Shown here in pieces: positions 9,518 through 16,997 of a stretch of 39,834 nt of DNA (its first letter is position 1; every line of letters starts with the position of its first letter). A program made the translations under genes and the position numbers. Source of the stretch: Candidatus Woesearchaeota archaeon (GTDB lineage Archaea > Nanobdellota > Nanobdellia > Pacearchaeales > GW2011-AR1); NCBI GenBank assembly GCA_964538235.1, contig CAZIFJ010000004.1, positions 1-39,834 on the forward strand. Direction: 5' to 3'. The notes beneath the pieces were generated by a model that did not search any database, was not told the origin of the DNA, and saw nothing but the letters and a program-made list of their open reading frames with translations.

Positions 9518-10570
9518 TTATCGAATCTCTTCCTCAAACAATTCTCTAAATTTCTCTATATCTTCCGCACGTATTCTAGCGCCAACCGCATCTTTATGCC
9601 CCCCTCCACTCGCATGCTCCATTTTTTCCAAAACTTTTTCCAAAATATTCCTAACATTTTTTCCACGAATAGAAACATTTGCAACAGCTCCTTTTTTGTA
9701 AAGAACAATAACATATTTATCAGGAAATTCGTACATCAAAGCATTCGCAATATCAGAGCTAATACTCGATTCTCCAGCATAAATAAAAAATATCAATCTC
9801 TCAGAAATATTTTTATGCGCCTTTTCCAATAAAGAATCATATTTCTTCCTAATTTCTTTAAATTTTCTAAGAAAATTTTTATTCCCTAAACTTTCAGATA
9901 AAACCTCTCCAGGATTACTGCATAAAAATAAAAATTTTTGCAATTTAACAACATTAGTTATAGAATCCTTCAATCCAAAATTCAACGCTCTCGCTAAATT
10001 GCCTATTTCAGTTTTATAATAAACATCAAAAGCCCCTTTAACTTTTCCAGAATATTCAGAAAATCTTTCAGAAAATTCGCTCCAAAAATCAGGAAGATAA
10101 TTATCAGAAATACAGCCCATTACAGCAATCCAAACATCTTCCTTTTTATTGCAAATTCTATAAGACAAATAAGAAACAGGTTCATCACTTTTATCTTTTC
10201 CAAAATTCAGAGTAGGATTATAAATAAAAAAATTATCAAACTCCTTTCTAAAATCCTCTACTTGAATCTCATGATGATCAATCCAAACAAAAGGTATACC
10301 TAAACTATTTATCTCCTCAACAAATTCTCTAGAAATTTTTGGCTTGTCTAAAACAAAAACATAATCTGCGTCAAGTTCTTTAGCCTTTCTTGCATAATCT
10401 TTATTCAACTCAGGATAACTCCTTATAGAAACTCCATTACCTCTTCCAATAAATCTCCTTAATAAAAGAAAACTGCAAAGCCCATCACAATCATTATCAT
10501 AATAAAAAATAGGATTCTGCGCTCTCTCCAAATGTTCTCTAATCTCATTAATTTGTATTTTAGTCAGCAT
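9518..10570 (-). CDS. DHH/DHHA1 family phosphoesterase (RecJ/NrnA-like)
   Basis: DNDCDG, VLD, WIDHH, and C-terminal SIRG and GGGHKDAVG. Start moved to MLTKIQ (10570). Confidence 0.9.
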   Translation of the reverse strand: MLTKIQINEIREHLERAQNPIFYYDNDCDGLCSFLLLRRFIGRGNGVSIRSYPELNKDYARKAKELDADYVFVLDKPKISREFVEEINSLGIPFVWIDHHEIQVEDFRKEFDNFFIYNPTLNFGKDKSDEPVSYLSYRICNKKEDVWIAVMGCISDNYLPDFWSEFSERFSEYSGKVKGAFDVYYKTEIGNLARALNFGLKDSITNVVKLQKFLFLCSNPGEVLSESLGNKNFLRKFKEIRKKYDSLLEKAHKNISERLIFFIYAGESSISSDIANALMYEFPDKYVIVLYKKGAVANVSIRGKNVRNILEKVLEKMEHASGGGHKDAVGARIRAEDIEKFRELFEEEIR

Positions 10571-10613
10571 GATAAAAAAGAAATAAAGAGTATTTAAAAC
10601 AATCCAAAAAACC

Positions 10614-11462
10614 TCACCGCATCTTATAACTAATCTTTCTTTTAGGATCTCGAAGTAAAAAATTCGGCTCAATATGAAAAAGTCCATAATGCTCAATAGC
10701 ATTAAAAACATGTCTGCGATTAAAAGTTATATATGGACTATCAAAGCCAAGAGAAGAGCCAAAAGAAGGCGAAACAGAGTTTTTATCAAGTCCAATCTTT
10801 GGATAAAGTGTTTCAAAAAAAGAAACAACCGTTAAACCGAGTGAACGAGAATTCTCAAAACTATTTGATTTCGGAAGAGCCAGCCGATAATTCTCCCCAG
10901 AAAGCATTTTCGAAGCGCGGTTTTGTAATAAAACAGCCAAATGGTCACTAAGCACTATCCGCGAAATAACTTTCTCTTCATAACAAATCGAAGAATAATT
11001 ATCCGATAAAAAATGAAGGTAAGAAGGAAGGGTAAACGCATCTAGACTCTTTTTTGAAAATTTAATACCATCCAAACAAGAAATAAGTCTTAAATAAGCC
11101 GCGCCATGTTCAGAAAAAGCATAATGCCTAAGTTTACTAATTTTAAATTCGATTTCTAAAGGTCGAATTCTCTCCCTAATCGGTTCAAAAATTTCTTCTG
11201 AAGTGCATATAACTCCAATTGGTCTATTCCAATAACCTGAGTTTAAACTCAATCCACCTCCCCAAACAACCGAAGAAACAAGAAGATTAAATTCCCTAAA
11301 CAATAAAGAAGTATACTTCAAAGGCAACAACCCTTTTTCCTGCAAAAAATCGATGCTCTCCCGCGCCTTTTTATGTTTCGGCTTATTATATTTTCCAACA
11401 AATTTTTCTAAACTAACTAAATCTTCCTGCTTCTCCAATAATCGAGGTTCCCAATATGCCAT
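10614..11462 (-). CDS. Hypothetical protein (~282 aa)
   Basis: Long ORF; start moved to MAYWEP, which has a TTTAAAT box upstream; no family recognised. Confidence 0.7.
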   Translation of the reverse strand: MAYWEPRLLEKQEDLVSLEKFVGKYNKPKHKKARESIDFLQEKGLLPLKYTSLLFREFNLLVSSVVWGGGLSLNSGYWNRPIGVICTSEEIFEPIRERIRPLEIEFKISKLRHYAFSEHGAAYLRLISCLDGIKFSKKSLDAFTLPSYLHFLSDNYSSICYEEKVISRIVLSDHLAVLLQNRASKMLSGENYRLALPKSNSFENSRSLGLTVVSFFETLYPKIGLDKNSVSPSFGSSLGFDSPYITFNRRHVFNAIEHYGLFHIEPNFLLRDPKRKISYKMR

Positions 11463-11536
11463 AAAATTCAAATAAAAAGACATTTAAAAAAGTATTTAAA
11501 ATATAACCTACTAATAATAGTAATAAATAAATTAAA

Positions 11537-11731
11537 ATGAGAAAAAGAGAAATCGCAGAAAAAAAATATAATGAAATAAAAGAAGTATATGAAGGGTCTG
11601 ACGATGCGTCAAGAGCCGAAATAGCTCCATTAATGGACTATTATAGAGACGAACTTCAAATATATGAAGATATAAGTGCACATAGAACAACAATAAATAA
11701 TTTAAGATGCTTAAGACACAACGGCTACTAA
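11537..11731 (+). CDS. Hypothetical protein (64 aa)
   Basis: Short ORF with ATG and an upstream AT-rich promoter-like box. Confidence 0.5.
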   Translation: MRKREIAEKKYNEIKEVYEGSDDASRAEIAPLMDYYRDELQIYEDISAHRTTINNLRCLRHNGY

Positions 11732-11745
11732 TTCAAACAAAAGAA

Positions 11746-11754
11746 TTTATTAAT
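11746..11754 (+). promoter_or_regulatory. TATA box (TTTATTAAT) separated from its start codon (11945) by an inserted element
   Basis: Removing 11768-11937 puts the box exactly 29 nt before the ATG, the spacing seen at other genes in this window. Confidence 0.6.
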
Positions 11755-11767
11755 GTTACTTTCCAAA

Positions 11768-11937
11768 TGTCAAGAACCAGCCACTAAAGTGACTGGCGTG
11801 TTTGGTTCTTGATCACCTCAAAAATTTTTAATTTTTGATGGCACAAAAATATATTGTATTTTTGTTGTGCTCAAGAATTCTGTTTGCTTACTCACGAACT
11901 AAAGTAGGGAGTTTACGCAAAAAATAATTCTTTAACA
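11768..11937 (-). mobile_element. 170-bp modular palindromic element (family A), copy 1
   Basis: Reverse complement of the 36861-36975 element (13 substitutions and 3 indels over ~118 aligned nt, by eye) with 52 extra nt (two hairpins, 11816-11867) between the modules. Ends are TGTCAAGAA and TTCTTTAACA. Confidence 0.85.
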
Positions 11938-11944
11938 TATTAAA

Positions 11945-12266
11945 ATGAATAAGTCAAAGTCAATAAAAAGAAAATTCATAGCAACAATATTTTTCTCAAT
12001 ATATTAAACCAACTTATTCTTTCGGTTTTTTCTGTTGGTTTACTATACTCGCTTCAATCGGTGGAACAATTCACGGAATATTCTTTGATGTAGATTTTTC
12101 TCAAATAAAAAGACTAACAATTGAAGGTTTTATCTTAACATTCATTATTTTATTTCCTCCTTACTTTTACTCGAATGGATTTTTGATTTAGAAATATAAA
12201 GAAGGATTCAAAATTCTTGAGCAAAGAACTCAAATCCTTGAAAAGAAACTAAAGATTAATAAATAA
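11945..12266 (+). pseudogene. Degraded small membrane-protein gene
   Basis: MNKSKSIKRKFIATIFFSI|LASIGGTIHGIFFDVDFSQIKRLTIEGFILTFIILFP is restored by removing 46 bp (12002-12047). Further frameshifts lie near 12158 and 12193 (LLLLEWIFDLE / KEGFKILEQR...). Confidence 0.65.
12001..12047. mobile_element. ~46-bp hairpin element (family B), copy 1
   Basis: ATATTAAACCAAC-ttattctttcggttttttct-GTTGGTTTACTAT, closely similar to 13139-13185; ATA is repeated at both junctions. Confidence 0.75.
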
Positions 12267-12283
12267 TAAATCTATAAGACTAT

Positions 12284-12979
12284 ATGCAAAAGAGGACAAT
12301 ATATCAAATATTTTTAATAATAATTTTTGCAATTGTATGGATTTGGGCAGCAATAAATCCAAAATATCCACACGACTGGCTCTTAGAAAATTATCTTGTT
12401 TTTATTTTTGTTCCATTAATAATAATCACAGGAATTTATTTTAGATTATCAAACATCTCATATACATTAATAACTATATTTATGATTTTACACGTAATTG
12501 GAAGCCACTACACTTATTCGGATGTTCCATTTGGTTTTACATTACAAGAATGGTTCAATTCTAACAGAAATATGTATGATAGATTTGTGCATTTCTCATT
12601 TGGACTATTTTTAGCTTATCCTATTAGAGAAGTTTTTCTAAGATTAGCAAAAACAAAAGGAATTTGGGGATTTTTGCTTCCAATTGAATTTACTCTAGCT
12701 ACATCAACAATTTATGAAATTATAGAATGGCTTACAGCAATAGTTGTAGAACCAAGTGCAGGTTTAGCATTTCTCGGCTCACAAGGAGACATTTGGGACG
12801 CTCAAAAAGATATGCTTCTTGCTGGAATTGGAGCATTTTTCACAATGTCGCTAACAACGGCAATTCATATAAAATATAACAAAAATTTTCTTAAAGAAGT
12901 TAAAGAAAGTCTAATGCTCTCAAAAAAAGATGAAATTCTCGGCGAAGTTAAACTAGAAAAAATGATAAAAAGAAAATAA
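12284..12979 (+). CDS. DUF2238 / YjdF-like inner membrane protein
   Basis: DWLLEN, LHVIGSHYTYSDVP, RNMYDRFVHFSFG, YEIIEW and FLGSQGDIWDAQKDM. Confidence 0.9.
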   Translation: MQKRTIYQIFLIIIFAIVWIWAAINPKYPHDWLLENYLVFIFVPLIIITGIYFRLSNISYTLITIFMILHVIGSHYTYSDVPFGFTLQEWFNSNRNMYDRFVHFSFGLFLAYPIREVFLRLAKTKGIWGFLLPIEFTLATSTIYEIIEWLTAIVVEPSAGLAFLGSQGDIWDAQKDMLLAGIGAFFTMSLTTAIHIKYNKNFLKEVKESLMLSKKDEILGEVKLEKMIKRK

Positions 12980-14224
12980 TCACTTTCTTCTAAATCTTCT
13001 CTCAATATAATCAATCAAAGATTTTCCTTCTAATCTCGTTGAAGAAGGTCCATTTCTAACATAAAACTCCTCGCCTTTATCTGTTTTCAAAAAAACTTCA
13101 CTATTACTTTTAGAACAATAAATTCTCAAAATCTTTTTATAGTTAACCAACTTATTTTTTCGGTTAGTTTCTGTTGATTTACTATCAAGCGGAGCAATTA
13201 AATCAGCCGAAGAATTTAATTGGTCTGCTATATCTTTAATTTTAACAAAAGCAAAATGCAAATAAGGAAGAAAATCAGCCCCAATATGTGTTTTAATCAA
13301 ATTAGTAAAATGAAGTTGCATTTTATCATCGCTCACAAAACCATCTTTCTCAATTCCTAAAATCTCTCCTCTATCAGAAACTCCTATTAATAAAGTTCCT
13401 CCCTCAGAATTTAAATAAGCAGTTAATGTTTTCAATGAAGCATATTCTAAATTTTTGTCAAACTCTCCTGTATGCAAATTCTTTCTTAAAGTTGCCTTAA
13501 ACTCAACATCATATTTCTCTCCCGAGTTTACTAGTTTCAAAATATCTTCTCCAATATTGTGTTTTCCCGACTTAAATATAAGAGGATATTTTTTCATTAT
13601 TTTCAAAATAAAACCGCTTAACGTTGATTGATCGTTTCTCAAAACATAAAAATATCCAAAAACAGAAACAATTAACGCTCCAAAAAAATTTGCAACTAAA
13701 TCAAACATCGTCTCTCTCAAATCAATCTGCAAATTAAATCCTAAAAAGCTATCCAAAAAAAATTCAAACAACTCCCAAACACTTCCTAAAGCAAATGAAA
13801 AACAAAAAGAAAAAAAAGAAATAATTAGCGGGCTCGCGTCCAATAAATCCTCTTTATATAAAAAAGAAAGTATTGTCAATCCAATAAACCCTAAAATAAT
13901 AGATGCTCCTAAATTCAACATTAATCCCCACCACCAAAATTCAGAATACAATCCTCTTATATCTCCCAAAAATAAAGTTCCATATAAAAATAAAACCACA
14001 AAAAGCTCAACATCGTAAAAAAACTTAAAGTTGAAAATCCTTTCAAAAAGAAAAGGCAAAAAAGTAATTAAAAAACTAATTCCAGAAACAAGTAAAACTA
14101 AATCTCTCTTTGAATAAAATGCCCCAACAAAAGCAAACAAAAGCATTACTCTAAGAAACCACAAAACAAAAATTCTAAATTTTCCCGAAGTCTTATTATT
14201 TTCACTTAAACCATTATTTCCCAT
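12980..14224 (-). CDS. Multi-TM protein fused to a C-terminal AlbA_2 (Schlafen-like) domain, with a 31-aa in-frame hairpin insert
   Basis: About six TM helices with VWELFEF..TMFDLVAN, then GEKYDVEFKATL, KTLTAYLNSEGGTLLIGVSDRGEILGIE and FYVRNGPSST. Confidence 0.85.
   Translation of the reverse strand: MGNNGLSENNKTSGKFRIFVLWFLRVMLLFAFVGAFYSKRDLVLLVSGISFLITFLPFLFERIFNFKFFYDVELFVVLFLYGTLFLGDIRGLYSEFWWWGLMLNLGASIILGFIGLTILSFLYKEDLLDASPLIISFFSFCFSFALGSVWELFEFFLDSFLGFNLQIDLRETMFDLVANFFGALIVSVFGYFYVLRNDQSTLSGFILKIMKKYPLIFKSGKHNIGEDILKLVNSGEKYDVEFKATLRKNLHTGEFDKNLEYASLKTLTAYLNSEGGTLLIGVSDRGEILGIEKDGFVSDDKMQLHFTNLIKTHIGADFLPYLHFAFVKIKDIADQLNSSADLIAPLDSKSTETNRKNKLVNYKKILRIYCSKSNSEVFLKTDKGEEFYVRNGPSSTRLEGKSLIDYIERRFRRK
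13141..13233. mobile_element. 93-bp in-frame composite insert: family-B hairpin plus a second hairpin
   Basis: ATAGTTAACCAAC..GTTGATTTACTAT (13139-13185) plus AGCGGAGCAATTAAAT..ATTTAATTGGTCTGCT (13188-13229). TAT is repeated at the junctions; removal gives KIKDKKILRIYC. Confidence 0.75.
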
Positions 14225-14314
14225 AAAAAATAAAGAATATTCAGCGATATAAAATTATCTAATACACACAACAATCACCACAAAGTTTAAATATAAAAAT
14301 AAAATAATCTTAAT

Positions 14315-14500
14315 ATGAATAAATGGCTTGAACTTTTAGTTGGATTAATCTTAATAATTATGCCAATTTATATTTGGGGAATGAACTATTGGGGATTCGG
14401 CGCAGCAGCATTAGAATTTCTAAAAGGTGGAGTTATCTGGTTTATACTTATGATAGGAATATTATTTCTTTTATTAGGAATTTCTGATCTAAAAGAATAA
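14315..14500 (+). CDS. Small two-TM membrane protein (61 aa)
   Basis: Two hydrophobic helices ending LLGISDLKE; TTTAAATA box 29 nt upstream. Confidence 0.8.
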   Translation: MNKWLELLVGLILIIMPIYIWGMNYWGFGAAALEFLKGGVIWFILMIGILFLLLGISDLKE

Positions 14501-14508
14501 TTCTACAA

Positions 14509-14625
14509 ATGAGTTTATCAAAAAATATAGCAAAATCCAAAGTAAAAATGAAGCAAAGAGGATTAAAAAAAATCTTCCCTAAAAAAAGATTTGGAAAAAC
14601 AAATAAAAAAATAATCAATCTTTAA
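14509..14625 (+). CDS. Small very basic protein (38 aa, MSLSKNIAKSKVKMKQRGLKKIFPKKRFGKTNKKIINL)
   Basis: ATG 8 nt after the upstream stop; fills the gap exactly and overlaps the convergent stop; 14 K/R and no D/E. Confidence 0.45.
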   Translation: MSLSKNIAKSKVKMKQRGLKKIFPKKRFGKTNKKIINL

Positions 14626-15074
14626 TTCTTTGTCTTTAAAATATCTTCAATAGAGTCTCTTAGATGATTCAAATAAAAATTCATGAAATAAAAAATTGGT
14701 GTAATTAATCTCTCAGAAGATAAATTATGTGGAACATATTTCGCTCTTTTAATATCAGAAAGAACATCAAGGTCTAATGCACTTCTAGATCCAACATTCA
14801 CATGTCTCACACCAAAATCATTATCTAAATGTAAATCAAAATATCTGAATCTCCCCCTAAGGTCTTCAGAATAATTCTTAATAATTTCAATCATTTTTGG
14901 ATTACTCATAATTCTCTTCGCTCCCTCTTGCCATATAGGATGAAAATTATCTACAATCAACCCTCCATCTCTTCCATCTTTTGGAAAATAAGTATACATC
15001 CTAAAATGATTCATAAAAAATAAAAATTTCTTTCCTTTAAAAATATAATTATTCTCTACAACAATGCTTATCAA
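14622..15074 (-). CDS. Hypothetical protein (true start probably internal, e.g. MNHFRM at 15014)
   Basis: ORF with plausible composition; no family recognised. Confidence 0.6.
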   Translation of the reverse strand: MISIVVENNYIFKGKKFLFFMNHFRMYTYFPKDGRDGGLIVDNFHPIWQEGAKRIMSNPKMIEIIKNYSEDLRGRFRYFDLHLDNDFGVRHVNVGSRSALDLDVLSDIKRAKYVPHNLSSERLITPIFYFMNFYLNHLRDSIEDILKTKN

Positions 15075-15095
15075 TTATATTAATTAAATAAAAAG

Positions 15096-16256
15096 ATGTC
15101 TTCCTGTAAAATTTGCGGTAAAGAAAATTGTAAAAAGCATTCTACACTAATTGGAAAAACAATAAATATAAAAGAATTTTCAGGTTCATCGCCTCCAGAA
15201 ATTTTTGTCGGAAAATGGAACTACCCAAATGTCTACACTGGAATTCTATCTCCAACAGAACACGGAGAAACACAAATAATGTCTTCTCCTGAAATCTGGC
15301 ATCAAAAAAAACTCTCAATAAAAAATATTCTCTCTTTAAGAAATCAATTAATTTATTCTCGGACACAATCCAACATAAAAAAACTAAAAACAAAATTCCT
15401 TGAAACAACAAAAGAAATAGCAATGGCCGAAAAGCCAATCAGCGCAGAATACAAATTAAAAGAGCCAATTAAAAAAAATTTAGAAAATGATTCTCACACT
15501 CCTTTAATCTCAAAAGCTGCACAAATAGAAAATGTCTCTCTTCAAGAAAATCCCAAAATAAACAAAAAAGTAGACTACATAGTAAATGATTCTGATATAA
15601 AATCAAAAACAGCATTATTAGAATTAGAAAATTCAAATATTCCAACTTCTACAATGATAAAATTACTTTCAGCAGGACTTTTAGGAATGAAAAAAAATCG
15701 TAAATTAGTTCCAACTCGTTGGGCAATCACAGCAACAGATGATACTTTATCAAAAGAAAAAATAAAAAAAATAAAATATTATAAAGAAATTGAAGAATTC
15801 CAGTTGTTTGAATCCGATTATTTAGGTAACTTCTACAAATTCTTACTAATTCCAGATAAATTTTCATTTGAAGTTATAGAAATCGCAGTAAAAAATTTTT
15901 CATTCTGGACAGACTATGAAAGTTTTTATGGAAGAAAAAATTACGCAGAATCCGTCACAGGAGCATATTATTCAAACAGATTGGCGCTCACAGAGTATCT
16001 TGAAAAAATAAAACGCCAATCCTCCTGTATAGTTTTTAGAGAAATCCGCCCGCAATACGATTCACCTTTAGGAGTAGGAATATTAAGACAAACATCAAGA
16101 GAAGCATTCTCAAAATCTCCAGAAAAATTCTCCTCATTAAAAGAAGCTCTCCAAAAAATTCAGGAAAAAATTGTAATCCCAATAGAAAAATTCACATCAC
16201 ACTCAACAATTCTAAAAAATTATAACAAGCAAACAAAGTTAAATCAATTTATCTAA
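15096..16256 (+). CDS. nreA: Nre-family DNA repair protein with C-terminal PIP box
   Basis: N-terminal CKICGKENC, GSSPPEIFVGKWNYPNV, LSAGLLG..RKLVPTRWAITATD, GAYYSNRL, and tail QTKLNQF. Confidence 0.9.
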   Translation: MSSCKICGKENCKKHSTLIGKTINIKEFSGSSPPEIFVGKWNYPNVYTGILSPTEHGETQIMSSPEIWHQKKLSIKNILSLRNQLIYSRTQSNIKKLKTKFLETTKEIAMAEKPISAEYKLKEPIKKNLENDSHTPLISKAAQIENVSLQENPKINKKVDYIVNDSDIKSKTALLELENSNIPTSTMIKLLSAGLLGMKKNRKLVPTRWAITATDDTLSKEKIKKIKYYKEIEEFQLFESDYLGNFYKFLLIPDKFSFEVIEIAVKNFSFWTDYESFYGRKNYAESVTGAYYSNRLALTEYLEKIKRQSSCIVFREIRPQYDSPLGVGILRQTSREAFSKSPEKFSSLKEALQKIQEKIVIPIEKFTSHSTILKNYNKQTKLNQFI

Positions 16257-16262
16257 AAAAAT

Positions 16263-16820
16263 CTACTGATTTTCCTTAATCGCTTTCTTCACATTTTTGT
16301 AAAGTTGTCTCATTGAATCTTCAAGTTGCTCTTTATTCTTAGTTCCTGTGCAAACTAATTTCCCGTTTGAGAAAAGTAAAAATGTTGCAGTCGGTTCAGC
16401 AAGTTTGTAAACTAATCCTGGAAATTGTTCTGGCTCATATTCAGTATTCTCTAATTGCAAAGCTAAAAGATTGAGGTTCAAAGTCAGATTAATACTTCCA
16501 GAAGCAACTATGTTTTGCACAGTTATCTTCGGCTTGTCTGTTATTCGCACCCCAATCTTGGCGATTTGTCTAATCACCGCTTGTATCACCTCTTTCACTT
16601 GTGCAATACTTTTTGTTCCAGTACACACAAGGTTCCCAGAAGAAAAAACCAAAACCGCAGATTTTGGCTTCTTAACCCTAAGCACCAGCCCAGGAAATTG
16701 TTCCGGATTATATTCTGTATTGCTCTGCATTCGCGCAAGTTTCGTCAAAGAAATCGGCTTGCCAAGAGAAGTTGTGGCAACAATATTTTGAACTTTAAGG
16801 TCAGATCCAGGTTTAGCCAT
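16263..16820 (-). CDS. tbp: TATA-box binding protein
   Basis: Two repeats: VQNIVA..EYNPEQFPGLV..LVFSSGNLVCTG and EYEPEQFPGLV..LLFSNGKLVCTG. Confidence 0.97.
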   Translation of the reverse strand: MAKPGSDLKVQNIVATTSLGKPISLTKLARMQSNTEYNPEQFPGLVLRVKKPKSAVLVFSSGNLVCTGTKSIAQVKEVIQAVIRQIAKIGVRITDKPKITVQNIVASGSINLTLNLNLLALQLENTEYEPEQFPGLVYKLAEPTATFLLFSNGKLVCTGTKNKEQLEDSMRQLYKNVKKAIKENQ

Positions 16821-16860
16821 TTTAATCATCCTTTTTAAAGCCCATTTATATATAAACCTT

Positions 16861-16947
16861 TCTAAGAGAAGTTTGAATAATTCAATTTTTACGAGAGAAT
16901 TTTCAAACTTCTTATTAGAGAACTTTTATTTTTGCAAAGTTCTCTAA
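16861..16947. repeat. Two chained intergenic hairpins between lig and tbp
   Basis: TCTAAGAGAAGTTTGAA..TTCAAACTTCTTATTAGA (16861-16919) overlaps TTAGAGAACTTT..AAAGTTCTCTAA (16915-16947). Confidence 0.7.
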
Positions 16948-16997
16948 AAATTTTCGAGGAAAAAATGAAAATCACTCCAAACCACCAGTATTCTTCC

